Assembly (NCBI RefSeq): GCF_036321535.1
Contig: NC_087444.1
Span: 37,076,001-37,140,000, forward strand
Source: Camelus dromedarius
Taxonomy: Eukaryota
Reading direction: 5' to 3'
Length of the DNA stretch: 64,000 nucleotides
The position numbers and the translations under genes were made by a program. Each line of letters starts with the position of its first letter. Positions within the stretch are counted from its first letter, which is position 1. The notes under the pieces were generated by a model that saw only the letters and a list, made by a program, of their open reading frames with translations, did no database searches and was not told the origin of the DNA. Positions 13,336 to 27,903 of the stretch are shown here, piece by piece.

Positions 13336-15759
13336 CTAAAGACAAAAACAAACGTTTAAGAGTCATTAATGTTCTGTAATTAAAAAAATTAGTTAAAAAG
13401 ACATTTATAGAATGGTGAAGAAAAAAATTATCACTAGTTGAAACTCTCCTAAAGCACTGCACATGACCTTTTGTTCTCGTTTTTATATTTGAAAGAAAAA
13501 CCCATACCACACAGACAGCATGAACTTTACCTTCTCTCTCTAGTGGATTGTTAAACAGATGTCCATGGTATTCTGGGTCAGATTTTTATGTCTCATATAC
13601 TGCTGGGTCATATAGAAGACTGCAAGTACCACGATATAGGACAGTGAAAACCTCCACAGAAACAAATTCATGCAGCGTGTTAAGGCTGTAACCTGCGACA
13701 GAAATACTGAGCTCCCTTCCCTCTATTCCATACTTTGCTGCATTATAAAAACTCTAATCAAGTTACTTTCAAAAAAAGCTTCAAAATACCATGGTTTATA
13801 AAACAAATGGGTGGAAGGGAAGGTCTATCCTGCTGGTAAACAAATCATATTACATTAGCTTAGGACAATGTGACAATATTAAGCTGTATTCCTAATGAAG
13901 GGCATATGGTCAAACTTGGAGAATTTCAGGACCCTTGTGAAGTTTCAGCGTTCAGCCTAGATGAAATGCCAAGAACTCAGGGAGGAAACAAAGGAAAAAT
14001 TAGTGAACACTCAGTCACCAGTGATGCCAAGTAATGAGCACTCTCAAGGCTTCTATGTCAATGGCATCAAGGGTTAGGCAGTCAGCAGCATAGCTGACTG
14101 GGGCCTGCAGCACCATCTACTATCCTCCAGCTGAGAGGTGTGGCCCGCATTGTGGAGGGATAAGCAGAGCTGGTTTAGCACTGACAACCTGGGCTTCATC
14201 CTGGAAAGGGCTATGGGGCACTGGCTGTACCAGCATCTGGCATTGTCACAGGAAGAGACATAATAGGCAGTTCACTCTTGGTCAGACCTGTCCCTAACTT
14301 TATTTAGAGATCATAACACTGAACTACAAGTTGGGCACCTCTTTAACTATAAGGTGCAGCTATTCTGATCCTACCTGCTGCTAAGAATCACTCCCTCTGC
14401 TGGGCTGTCGTAGCACTTCAATCTACGCTTTCCTGCATTAGTATATGCTGTTCACTGGTCCCACTAAGTTTAGCCCCTTGAGGTCTGGTTCACTGGTTTG
14501 CACAGAAGAGGTACACAACACACGTGAGGTGAGTCTGTCTGGTATGAAGCTGGTAAAGGGCAGTATGAAGCTTAAAAACATGAAAAGAGGTGTCAAGAGA
14601 GGTTGTGCAAAGGCAGGGAAATAGCTGATTCATAAGACACTGAGTCTTCAGAAAACCTGGGCATGGCAGTATATCATGTCAAACTGGTAACTCATTTTAC
14701 CAAGGCCGGGGTCCCATGCTGCCAGAGGCCTTAACCCTCAGCTGGAAGCCCTGCTTGTATAGCACTGCTTGTTTAGGCACTCTGCCTCTCTGATTGCTAC
14801 CACTAAGGCTGGCCAATGACCTTCCAAGGGCTTCCCACTATTCATCCTGTGGGGGTAGGTCTCCAGGATATTCTTACTGTGTTACTATCACTCACTTGTC
14901 AACAGCCCAGACCAACACTTATGGCACAGCATTTGTGACAGAAAGGACTCCAAGCTGGTCAGCACTCTGGGTTCCATGCCAGAATCAACCAGCAGATTTT
15001 GGCCCATGGAGCTTGCTGGGCCACAGGGACAAGTAGCTGGGGAAGTCTAAAGTCCATGGTTTTCCACCCTCTGGGCTGGAAAAGACTGATTTCCCCAGAG
15101 ACATGGCAGCAGCTAAGATAGGAAAGGAAAAGATAGATGGCTATAAAGGTTGTAAGTTGTGAAGACTTATTCCACAGGGCTCTCTCACACACAGGGAGTA
15201 AGGATGGGGAAACTGCAGGAGATGGCAGCACTGGCGTGAGATGGCTTCTAAAGCCCTTGGATGGAAGGGCAGGCAAATAGGTCAGGTCAGAATTAATACC
15301 AACCAAGGGCACTCAAGGAACTGTTTCCTCAGTTTCTAGAGGTTCAGGCAGGGCCCCAGCCCCTCCTTCTTCACAGGGATCTCCACGAAAGGCAGAAAGA
15401 AGGTTCAGTTTTACCTCCTTTCCCATTCAAGTGTCCTTTCCATTCCTCACATTTCCACATAATACACTCACACTATTTTCATCAGCTTTTATCACATTAT
15501 TTCCCATACCCATCAAAAGAACCTAAGCCATTTCTATTCCCAGTGGCCAGTCACCGCAGTCTGGTAATAAACGGTTAAAAGCTAGATGTCAGGTAGACCA
15601 CCACTTATCCTCTGCCCCTCTGTCGTCTCACTGGTAAGTAGTACCACTCACATGCTTGTTAGGATTAAACTAGGAATTTGCATGGGAAGTACACAGCCAT
15701 ATGTATAACGTGTCTCACTAAATATACGATATTGTCTTCACCATGAATAACTATGATAA

Positions 15760-15915
15760 TTCTATGATAGGCTGTCTATCCATCCCCTATTATTGTCCCT
15801 TTAGGTTACTTCCAGCTTTCCGTTACTATGAAAAGCCCTGCTATATTACCCTCCCCATAATCTTTTTTTTGGGTTATGTTTCCTAAAGTGGGTTTACCAA
15901 GTCAAAGACAAATGA
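15760..15915 (-). mobile_element. L1ME-type fragment
   Basis: ctttaggttacttccagctttccgttactatg...ttcctaaagtgggtttaccaagtcaaag. Confidence 0.55.
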
Positions 15916-17001
15916 CTCTCTGTAAAGGTGTTTTCAGATTAGTGTTCCCTAATTTGTGATGAAGCCACATTGAAGACCATACTCTATCTTTTTCCAGTGT
16001 AGAACTTCTGGTCAGTATAAGCCCATAAGAAGAGGCAAGGAGATGTTGGCTAAGAATCTTCACATCAAACTCTCCTTTTTGAAAAACCATCATAAACAAG
16101 GAATTCTTATTCCACGTACAGATTCTTTTTCCATGTTCTGTTTTCCTACCTCAGCAGCTCACTTGTGATGGGATGATGAGAACTAGGAAGTACCCACGTC
16201 CTCTGGAAAGGCAACTCCATAACCTAACCAGGATGATGGCTCTGGCATGCTACCACACAGAGCCACACTTAACCTTTTGACTCTGAGGCATGAGTCTGAT
16301 GTCACTTGACTAACCTGTGATGTTCAGGCATTTGTAAATAGGGTATTAAAAACAACATGGACTAAAATATGTATTAGTAAACTGCACCTAAATGCCAATT
16401 AAGACAACCCTACATACCAGCAAGTTGTTTAACATTTCCTCAAAGGGGTTGAAGAATCAACTCAGTGCTGGTGGTACTGAAGTCCAAACCCCAACATTTT
16501 AGGAAGAACAGTTCCATTTTTTATCTTCCAAGTCTTACTGTTTGACCCAAGAATGAAGAAAAACAAGATACAAAAACCTGACTAAAGTCTTTTGGCCCTA
16601 TTCTGCAGTCAGGCCCATTTTAAGTACTTTTTTTTTTTTAAGACTCAGGATAATCTATGCCAAACACTTAGCTCTACTTGTTTTCCTACCCAACACAAAA
16701 GGCCCCTCCCTGTAGCACGTCCCCCAAATCTTCAACACTTTTCCCCCTTCCTCTCTGGAGCCTGAGACTATGGGAATCTTGCATGATAGCACTACACCAA
16801 TGGCGCTAGGAGCCTGAGACTAGAGTCCGTCCCAGACTCTATCCAACCACCCCCCATCCACCCCCAGCTTCTCTCTTTTTAGGGTAACAGGCACAGCTTC
16901 AATCCCCTATATTGTGGTTGTCTCTGAATCACAAAAGTCTACTCCCACTTATTAAAATATCCCACAATTGCACACATTAATCAGACTGACATGAAACTTT
17001 A

Positions 17002-17103
<102 letters not shown>

Positions 17104-17811
17104 CTACAAAAAATAATAATAATAAATAAACATACACTCTGAACAACTAACTTACTCACCAGCACCTACTGAAACATTACAATATAAATGCAGTGCACAG
17201 AGAACATCTAAGTGTAGACAGCTGACAGGTTTGGAAGCCAGAAACTGTTTTATGAATGCAATGTGTCTTCTACTTCCAGCCTGCAGATGCTGCTTTGCAA
17301 TATTGGTTGAAAAGAGATTCTCTTCCAGGCTTTGAGTTATTACCTGGGGAAAGGGCCAAAATTATGTGGGTATATAGGCCATTTTCTCTAGAGGGTCCAG
17401 GGTCTACATCTGTAGCATGGGTTTACTGCTATAAAACCTACAGAGCAGTAGATAAGGAATACAAGCCTCGTGAAAAGGTCTCACAGGATCCAAATTCAGC
17501 AAGTAATGGTCAATGCATGTCAGCTGAACCTATGTCAATTCACTCCAGGGCTGTCTGTACCACTCACAGGAAAAAAACCATTTCATTCTTTGACTGTTTT
17601 AAGCCATATTCCAGGACAAAGAAGTACCTTGTGATCTGACTATGTGTGAGATGACACACTTACTCCTCTCTCCATCCCCCTACCATCCCATATCACATGC
17701 GCTTCTTTCTGAAAAGCCCAAGTCTGAGATCTAAGGAGTCATATTTCTACATGTGCCCCTTCTGAGTCCCATGGGGGTGGGGAGCAGCAGCAGAGAGCAG
17801 CAGACAGAGCT

Positions 17812-17975
17812 AGCCTTGAGTCTTGGTGATCTGTGACCTTAAGTGACTCTTTAAACTTCTCTGAGCTCTAGCTTCTTCAAGGGAATACCATCATCCCTTC
17901 GCCTCCAGGGTTGTTATAAGGACAGAGATAGTAGGTCAGAAAGCACTGGGCACAGCACTCAGCACAGAGTACTCT
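17812..17975 (+). mobile_element. MIR (diverged)
   Basis: ctgtgaccttaagtgactctttaaacttctctgagctc. Confidence 0.6.
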
Positions 17976-18509
17976 TTCCTAGTGTCTGCCCCACCTGACT
18001 GCTTCTGCTCCAATGCAATCAATTCAAAGTCTGAGGACTCTCCATAGCCCTGAACTAGGATGTTCAGCACTGTAAGAAAAACACCACCATCCAAAACCCT
18101 GCCCCTTCTTGAAACTGGCACCCAGCTGTCAAAAGAGTTTAGAAAAGTCTCTGTGGGGAGCTTTTCAAGGTAGGCCCAGTGAATGAAGGTGTGGCTGTCA
18201 GAGATAGTGATATAGGCTGGAAGGCCAGGTGTCACTGCTGCTCTGGGCCTCAATGGAAAAATTCTCCCCCAAAAGCTTTCTGAGATTAGCTCAGAATGTC
18301 TGCTCCCTCCAACCCACGATCTTCACAGGATAGTAGGCCTGGGTGGCACCTTCATGCCTGGCAAACACTAGAAGAAAGATGTTGTTATTTTCCAGGAAGT
18401 CTGTATGAACATCTAAAACCACTAGGTCTCAAGTAAGATAATGGAATAATGGACCCTGACCTTAGGTCACTTATTTTCAACCCAGAACAAACAGTTCGGT
18501 TTCTGAGTG

Positions 18510-18556
18510 GTAAGCTATTATCACTATTTCATAGTAAGCTATTATCACTATTTCAT
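18510..18556. repeat. 24-bp-period tandem duplication (gtaagctattatcactatttcat x2)
   Basis: Exact 23-nt copies at 18510-18532 and 18534-18556. Confidence 0.9.
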
Positions 18557-20807
18557 GGTGATAAGCAGGATAAGGCAACATTTTAGCATCTCTCAAGATC
18601 ACTGCTTGGAGTATCTGAATTTTCTACACACTCCCAAGATCTGATCATTTTTCCCCTGGCATTGTTACAATTCAGGATGTAACTAAGCAATTTTCAAAAG
18701 CAAGTAAATCACCCTTATTATCAGTGTTTTATATCTCCAGAACCAAAATACACATGTACTATGTGTTTAAGCAGACCCTTCCAGTTCAGTAAAGCTGTCT
18801 GCTGCTAGTCATTAAGAACTCTTCCCTCTAGGAAAGATGAGACTTACTTGATATGCACATTTAATTTCCAAGGTATGATTTGCTGGAAACAGATATTTCT
18901 GAAATGTTTAATGGGGCCAAATGATTCTCTGCATTTGATGGGAAGCAAGGAAACAAATGGGAAGTAAGGGAAGGAGGGGAGAAGAGGACAGGACCTCCAC
19001 TTAAGAAACACCGTATCAGGGCTCTGAGATACTACTTCCTCTTGATCCTCATCAAAAGATTATTCTAAGGAAATCATGCCCATTTTGGAGAGCCAGACTA
19101 GTTATTAACTTGCCACAGTCGCATAACCAAGAAATGGGGAAAGCATGGATCTGAACCAAGGTCTGGATTCAAAAACTTATGCTTCCACCTGCTTAGAAGA
19201 TATTGGGGGCAATTAGCTTAATGCTAAAACTATTTATACCCAAAGATTGGAATGACAGACAACAGAGGTAGTGATATAAAAAATAAAGCTCATTAGAAAA
19301 GTTGGTTAAGAAAGTTTAAAGCCTTTTTCAAATGTATCTAATCTTGGGTGCCCAATGTGACTTAACTAAATGTTCTGGTGGCTATAAACTCAGGAAGCAA
19401 GCTTATTATTCCTGTTTTGATGGCTGCTAATTGTCATGAGTAATTCCCTCATGATCTAACACTGAAAGTCAGACTAGGTTATGGATGATATGAGTGCGAC
19501 AAAGAGGAAAAGCCACCATCTTTCACTTTATAAGTGAGAAACCACTTTGCCACTATGGCTCCAGAAACCTCTGCCCACTCCCACAAATCCTGTGTTCTGT
19601 GGTAGGCACCACAAAATATCCAAGCACTTGCTTGGTGATTAACCACTCCCTGTTTCAAAAAGACCTCTCACATGGACCTCATTAGGCTGGCAGAGACGTA
19701 TGGTACTATATAATGTAATGTCTGGGTATAGGTAACAGGCTCAACTCTGACACTACCAAGCCAAACTGGGAAGCCTCATAGAAATCTCACCAACCTTGAA
19801 TCCACAAAAATTTTCTTCATGTCAAAAACAAGCTGTTGTTTGCTTTAGGATCTGAAGCTAACTGAAACAAACAGAACTAAAATCATCAAATCAGTATTTA
19901 AAGGGTCTCAGAAAAGATACGGAGGACATCCAGTAGCCTGTGCAGGATCAAAACTATTCCCTGAGATTTATGACACACAGGCTGCCACAAAGGTTGCTCC
20001 ACAGGGCAGAACATGGTCTGTGTCCTAAAAGGACCACAGGTTTTTAGAGAGTTCAATAGAAGGGAGACTGCATTTTTAGAAAATTAAGAAGAATTCTATT
20101 TCTAAAGGCCTATAAAAAGGTCTCTAACTTTAATAAAACGTAATCCAAAAAATTCTAATGTTCAGAAAGTTCTGCTTGGGTGCTAACCTAAAACATACTC
20201 TTCCTGGAAACTGAAAAGGTCTTTGTAGGTCCATGCAACATTATACCACAGGAGTTAATTCTTGGCACAACATTTAATAGAGGTCACTGTAAATGAGACA
20301 AAAAAAAAAAAAAAGAGTAAAATATGCCCATTACTTTGGAGGCAATGTTTCGCAATTTCCATATGTCATATCATTCTCACTAACAAGGTAAGCTACACCT
20401 TCTTCTTTTCAAGTCTGGGATGTTCTGCTAGTTAGTAATCTGCACAGCAACAATCTTGAACACAAACCAAAGCAATGAACAAATGAGAAAAGACTATTCT
20501 AAACAAGAAAGGGGAAGGCAAGCACCCTGGAAGACAAGACGATCCCGGAGGTGACCTCACACTGAAAAATTCCTGTTTAAGAGCCAGTAGGTAAAGTCAA
20601 ACAATCAAAAAACAAGTTCAGTTGTCACTGCTCTTCCAAACTTGTAAGTACTAGGTTATCAAGACTACAAAAGCCAAAGAAAATGTACTTGGTAACTGAC
20701 TAGCACTGGAGATTCTCGCATTCAAACAGTGACCCAAAAATTCCTGCTAGTCAGTATCTCCCAGACCATCAACCTCTGGAGGTGTTGCTATTTCAATAGA
20801 CAAATCA

Positions 20808-20930
<123 letters not shown>

Positions 20931-22559
20931 TTACTTGGGCTATCCATTTACTGACATCTATCACTGTATTAGGCATTAGTTCTTGTTTAATACCTGGGGT
21001 GGGACTGGGGGCCACTAAGGTCTACAGACATATTAAGTTTAAAAAAGAAGTTCAATAAGCAGTAACAGCTAGAATAAAGTTAGCAGCAAGCACTAAAGGA
21101 ACAGTTGGATTGTATAAGGAGAGGAAGTAACTATAGAAGGCTTCCTAGAAATGGGGACTTCCGTGCTGATCCTAGGTAGGCAAAGGGCTTGGTAAAAGCA
21201 AAGTCAGCAGGAACCAAAGAAGAGGGTGAGAAATGCATTGACTGAATAACTCTGGAGACCAAGGTTCTGATTCTCACTCTGCTATAATTACATACAACCT
21301 AGGGCAGATTCCTTCCTCTTTTCCTTTCTGATATCTGTCTCCTCATCTCAAATGAGAATCTGCAGGAACACATGACTTATAAGGACTCATTAAAAAGTGA
21401 AAAATGCCCGACGTCTACCAGAATCAACTTATTTTACAAAGAATTTCACTGGATTCTCACTTATCAACCCACAAACATCCTCTAAATCTTAATACCTGAT
21501 TTTTAAACTCATGGCCCATTATAAACGAATTAATATATATGCCCCAAGTTTAAGAAATCCAAATGCCAACGATATCTCAAAGATTCCAAGGACTCACAGT
21601 GAACAGCAAAAAATGTTTTCGCAAAGTCCATTATATGTCAAACAAGAAGAAACTGAGAGACACAATCCAAAAACAAAGACTCATAGCTTCATGAGTGTAA
21701 GGACACTCTGGATTTCCAGCACAGGACTGACCACATAGTGGCCGCTGAACAAATATTTACTCAGTGGGAATTAAGGGTTATGGGACAGGTAATGAGAAAG
21801 GAAGAGGGACCACCACATGACCTCAGGACAGCACAGTGGCTCACATTTAAGGTCAGCTTATCTCTGATTCAAGAAGAGGCAATGTGCAGAAAAGAGCTTA
21901 CACACAAAGAATTAGAAAGTTAAAAAATGTGTGGCCCATCTACATTTAAACAGTGATCGATCTGATCCTGGCTTTATTCAATAGTCCATTCTACAGTGTG
22001 AAGTTGGAGGGAACCAAACCTTAAACAAAGTACTTTCCAGCCTTTTATAGCACAGGGCCTGCCAAATAGTAGAGACTTAATAAATGTTAATTGAGAATAT
22101 GAACAAACTGACACATCACTCAGCTTTGCCATTCCTGAAATGGAGGAGCATCTATGCTGTCTCTCCCAGAGGGAATGGGTAAATACCCATGTGGGGAAGA
22201 CAGATAACTTCAGGTGCCAAGAAAGAGAAGGCCACATGGCTTCTCTGACCCATGTGGCACAAACAAGTTTCTTGAGGGAGTGTTCTTTCCCACCTAGCCA
22301 CATCAAATTTCTGGCCTTGGAATCTCTGGGTCCTGAGTCATCCAGGGTGGTAACCCACCTGGAGGAGATAAAGCAGCCACCAATGACCACTTGTCACACA
22401 GCTCCTGGTAATGGAAGGCTACAAAAGGCCTCAGAAGGGAAACAGCCATGTGTATAACAAAGAAACAAGAGCACTGTCCTAGCTCTAAGAGAGCTACCTA
22501 ACCCCAAAAAGGGTGTGGAGCATATGATCAGTCTTCTAAACTGTACAAATCCTCTATCT

Positions 22560-22985
22560 TACAGATGTCATCATTTGCCTGCTTCTAACCCTCCAATGGC
22601 TTTCCATTACAGGGGGATAAAACCCAAACAGCATGCCATCACCTGCAAGCCCTAAATATTCTGGATCTTGTCCACCTCCATCTTTCTTTCCACAGCTCAC
22701 CATGCCTCTCTTTGTTCCAGGCTTTTGCACTAACTCTTGAGTCTGCTGGAATGCTCTTCCTATAGCTGGTTCTTCTCATTTTTCAGATCTTGCCTCACCG
22801 TTCACTTCCCTGCCTGCCTTATTTAATGAAGCCTCTCATCCAATTTGTTTATGTTAGCACCTTCCCTATACCTCCTTAATGGTTGAGACAGTATCTGTCT
22901 TACTGCTGTATCCCCAGCATTCAGTCACCACGTCTGGCACAATAGTAAGTGGTCCTATTTATATGCTGGGCTCTGAATGAGTGAA
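22560..22985 (+). mobile_element. L2 3' fragment
   Basis: ccctccaatggctttccattac...tatccccagcattcag...ctggcacaatagtaag...gaatgagtgaa. Confidence 0.7.
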
Positions 22986-25900
22986 ACAAAGCAATTAGGT
23001 AGGAATACATAGACCCTATACCATAGGTCCTTGTGACAACCCTCCCCTCTGAGAACTCTCATTCTGTCTCTACCAATACCACTCTCTCCTGATGTTCCTT
23101 CAACTTCCCCAGGCCTCTGTGATGGGCAATATTTCCTTCTGCCCATCCCTCATTCACTCATTCAACCAACCACTTAGTTTCTGACTCACATCTCCATCTG
23201 TTTTCTGTATATATCAAAAGGCAAATAAAAAGTTGACAGATTAAGTGATTTTTCATCTTCTCTTCAATCTGGCTTCTTCTCTGTATTCTGGATCTCAATA
23301 CCTTTAACATCTACCTAGTTACTCAAGCCAGAAACCTCTAGATTACTCTTCCTTACCCATCTCTCCAAATCTGTTCTCCCAAATTTTCTTCCTAAATGCA
23401 TGCCCACAACACACTTTACTAACAGATATCCTCTTTTCCACTGAACACAGAGACTCTCTGATAGTATCCCAGGCAGCTAACTACCAAAGAGAATTAGCAA
23501 TCTGGGGAACTGATTTTCTTCTTTCACTAGTACATTATGCTCTAATTATAATATCTAATTGTTTATAGCTCCTTACACACACCATCTAACTTTCCCAATT
23601 TTTGTTTTTAAACTTGACTGGAAGATTTACGTCCATGCAAGTGTAGATGAGAAATCTGGGGATGGACTTCTGATAGGGCACTCCTGGTGCTCACTGGCTC
23701 CAGGAATGGTACTGGGTCTTATAGATTGATAGGAAGCCTTTCCTGAACCCCCAAGTCAGGTCAAGTCCCTTCTCCTCTTCCACAGCACCCTAAACAATCT
23801 CCACCTCATTATAATGAAATGAACTATTTATAAAATCCTTCCCTCCCATTAGACTAAACTCTTTAGCTTAGTCAATTTCTTACTCAGTTTTCAATGATCG
23901 TAAGCAGAGTCTACAGAATGAGCCTTCAACAGAGTGAGCCCTCAGTCTCTCTGGAACAAGGTTATCTCAGAGAAGGCTATTCTCCAGTGACCCTTTAAAT
24001 CTACTCTGTTTGGGCGTTTTCAAGACTAATTTAAAAACAAATTCAGAGATATATCTCCAACCAATATATTGTGCAAGTTTCACTGAAAACACTTCAAGTC
24101 TGCACTGCTCTTACTCCACCACTGGTCAAGCCATTGGTGGCACATTCAGAGATTCTTCTCTGGCTAGGTTTTCCTGTCCCTGTGCTGTTGACATTCCTCT
24201 AATATTCCAGCAGTACACAAAGGCCAGGAAGGCAGCCAAGAAGCTGGATGCAGCTCCCCACTGTGATGCCAGGCGATGATGGCAAGGGCTAGATACATCT
24301 GCATTTGCACAGATTCCAAAGAGAAACCTGGAGACAAAGCTAAGCCCATCCTCAGAAGGGCAGAGCAGCGGGAAGCAGGAAATCCCTGTTTGGCTACTTT
24401 TTATCATCTCTACCTTTCTAAGCCCATTCCTCATCTGGCAAATAGAGGTTACCTTATAGAGTTGTGGTGACTTTAGTCTAGTTCAAGAATGTAATCCTAA
24501 AGCACAGATCCAATTCCTAGACGGATCCCTACCTTTCAGCCCCAACTGCAGTTTAAGTGTGTTGAGAGCTGGGGAGAAGATTGAGAAAGAGGGAAAAACT
24601 ATTCATAAAGCTTGGGGAAATCAAATGACCACTATCAAGCAGATACAATTTTAAAATGTGGATTTTTATGACCTACATAGGAATTATTAAGGCTGAGGCT
24701 CTATGAGCTTTCCCTCAAAGTTCAGTTCTGGGCCCAACGTACAGAAATGCTCTTTTCACTATTTTTGGTTGCTGTTTAGACAGTTTGAAAGAACTACCCA
24801 AATCCTTGATTCCTAGAAACTGGCAAAGTTAGGAGAGGGGGTTAAGGCATCAAAACAGTTGACAGAAGAAGACTTACTCTTTTAACAATTTTTTGGGAAG
24901 TCTCAAATGATATCCTAATCACTACTTTGACCAAGAGACTGCATACACCACAGAGATCCACAACCTCCTTGCAACATCAAGCACAGTTTGAAGCTATGGT
25001 TGTGGTTTTCACTCTGCCCTGTGAAGTCCTGGTATAAGCAGAAGCTGTGGTTAGGGGAGGTTCTTTCCTAACTGGAAGCCAAACAGTATCAGCACGATGA
25101 ATGGGCCTGGAGGCAAAGATAACACTAGCCTCCCAATCAAGTACTTGCTTCACAAGAAGCTGCAGTACTTCACATCAGCTAAAATTTGGGGAAGAACTCT
25201 GTACGAATGGTATAAATTATGAGGGAAGTTGGCTGAAAATTCTTAATAAAACTGGCTCTTACAACCCAAAGGAGGCTTGTTCAGTTCACGAAGACATTAA
25301 GCATTAGCAGAGTCCTACAAGCTAATCTGTTCTGCAGTTTCTCACCCACCCTATCTCCGTAAATGTGTCTTCCAGATTCAAGAATAAGCTACAGGCCAAT
25401 GGAGCAGCTGAGTCCAGCAGCCCAAATTAGGGTGAGGAAAGTTCAGACCTGCACAAACAAACAAAACACAAATGCCTGTCCGCATCCCCTTTCCCTAGTG
25501 CTGGAACATAAAAGTAAACACACACTAGGGTCATCGAATGTAAATACTTGTACACGTAAAGGCAGTGACACTGGGGATAAGGGAAAATGGGCTAAAACTC
25601 ACAAAATGGCCAAACTCCATTTTTTACAAACTAAATGTTACTTTCCCCAAACTCCTATTTCATTCAACCTTTAACTCTCTTGGCTAAGGTCTGGGTTAGG
25701 ATTACACCACACATTGACCACATTAAAAACTAGAAACTGGTTAGAAGTTCCTTTAGCACACAAACTTTCTTCAACTCCCTTGACAAGATCCCCAGCATCT
25801 GATGATGGGAACAGAGCCTAGGTTTCCCCTTCCAGAAAGACAACCCAAAGCCCAGAAAAGCAAAGGGAGACAGATGAATGTGGCGTTTAAGGGTGTCAGT

Positions 25901-26268
25901 CACTTCTTAGCTATTTAGTCTGTAAAATGGGAACTGGAGTAACAGCAGTAGCGACCCTTAGGCCCCGGAAGCGTACTAGAGATAATTATGCACCAGAGGG
26001 CAGGGCCAGGCCTTAAGTAGATGTTTGGGGCGTGTCAGCCATTGCTATTATTATTACTAGTGTAGCACTGCCCCGGGAAGGGTCCTGGTGAGGCCTAACG
26101 CAAGGGCGTCAGGGTACGACCGGCTGCCGGGTCCCGGGGGTGGGAGCGGGTATCTAGTGCCTGGAGCCCAAAGAGCCGAAAGGACGGAAGAGGCGAAGAA
26201 CCGCCGGCGCAAGGGAGTAAGGGGGCAAAGACCAGAGGCGGTAAGGGCCGGAAGGGAAGTACGGATCA

Positions 26269-26490
<222 letters not shown>

Positions 26491-26520
26491 CTATCCAGTC
26501 GCCAGCGCTACCGGCCCAAC

Positions 26521-26565
26521 ACACCACACCACACCTCACCTCACCTCGCCTCGCCTCACCTCACC
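26521..26565. repeat. Degenerate pentamer tandem repeat (ACACC)3(TCACC)2(TCGCC)2(TCACC)2 at the PHAF1 5' end
   Basis: Read directly; nine 5-mers. Confidence 0.9.
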
Positions 26566-26700
26566 GGCAACAGTCCTGGCGACTTGGGGAGCGGCGGCAG
26601 CTAAAGCGTCTGCGGCAAAAGTGGCGTGTCGGGCCGTAAAGTGTGGCGGTGGTGGGGCGAGGGCGGGATTTCAATCGCGGGGGAGGAGCCAAGGCGGAGT

Positions 26701-26712
26701 TGCGCGTGCGCA
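26701..26712. promoter_or_regulatory. NRF1 binding site
   Basis: tgcgcgtgcgca; reverse complement TGCGCACGCGCA is an exact match to YGCGCAYGCGCR, about 330 bp upstream of the PHAF1 ATG. Confidence 0.7.
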
Positions 26713-27869
26713 AAATCCGTGGCTGTGACAGGGCTGAGGCAGAGGGAGGCGTGACTACCGTCTGGAAGCGCGAGCGCCCTTGGAACGAGGTGCCCAATAC
26801 TCCGTGAACTCCCACACCTGAACACCACACCGCACACGTTTCACACTAGGATGTGTGAACCATGCAACACATACATGTCACAGGGCTATACAACACTCTT
26901 GTGCCATCTACACGTACGTCCCACTCAGATTCACTGTGCGCAAAAGGCGAGTTCCGAGGGCACACCGTCTGAGGCCCCGCAGGGAGGGAGGACGCGGAGT
27001 CTCAAAGCCCAAGATCTGAGAGCGCTCTGCCACTCTCGGTTGGTGCCGAGACTGACGCCAGCTGCAGCTGCCTCTAGTTGTCTAGAAATGACTCCTCCAC
27101 CTTACAGCCCTTGGGGCTTGGGTCGAACTCAAAGCAAGTGAGGAGTACGTGTATAGGGGCGGGGGTAAGTTAGGGGAGAGGACTAGGTAGGGGAGAAGCT
27201 AACCTCCAGGAGTCGACCTCCTGGCCGACTATTTTGAGTCGGGCGCAGCCCCGGGGGCTGGAATCCGGGGGCCGCTGGCAGCAGCTCAGTCTCAGCCAGA
27301 ACCAGCTTTACTGCCAACGCTGTGTGGTTTTGACCAAACCTCTGGTGCTCTCTGTGTCTCATTTTCTCAGTTACAAGTCTGGAGTAGGGAATCCTCTAGA
27401 CTATTCAGCTTGAGCTTTTGGCCAGTGCCCTGGGACACTCTAAAACTGAAAGGCAACCAGACTTCTCCTGGAGCCAACCCTTTATGGATGCAGCGTCTGG
27501 ACTCTCACACCACCCTGAGATGTTAAACTGGTTATACTTCACTTTACAGATGAAAAAAGAATGAGGCCCAAAGAGGCTAAAGGCCTCGTGGTCCTAGGCA
27601 GTAGAACTCAAATTCTTTCCATGACATTGCCCCTGGAAGAAGACTTGTAGCAGGGAAGACAGTGACATGCTAAATTTTTAAACTGGCTTGTAGGAGTGTA
27701 ACATGGGAGGCTCTATCAAAACTTGAAGTCACTACTACTGGCATTAAAACAAACATGGAGAAGGATGTCCATTTGCAGCACCCTATGCCAAAACAATAGA
27801 ACTAAGTCATTGATCAGTAGGGAAGTGGCTAACTAAACCCTGATATATGTATAGAGATATATAATGATA

Positions 27870-27871
<2 letters not shown>

Positions 27872-27900
<29 letters not shown>
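27872..27900. repeat. (AT)n microsatellite
   Basis: Read directly. Confidence 0.95.

Positions 27901-27903
<3 letters not shown>

Noticed and set aside
24010-24470. Overlapping ORFs on both strands in PHAF1 intron 1
   Set aside because: No recognisable homology, no consistent splice or start signals; lengths expected by chance.
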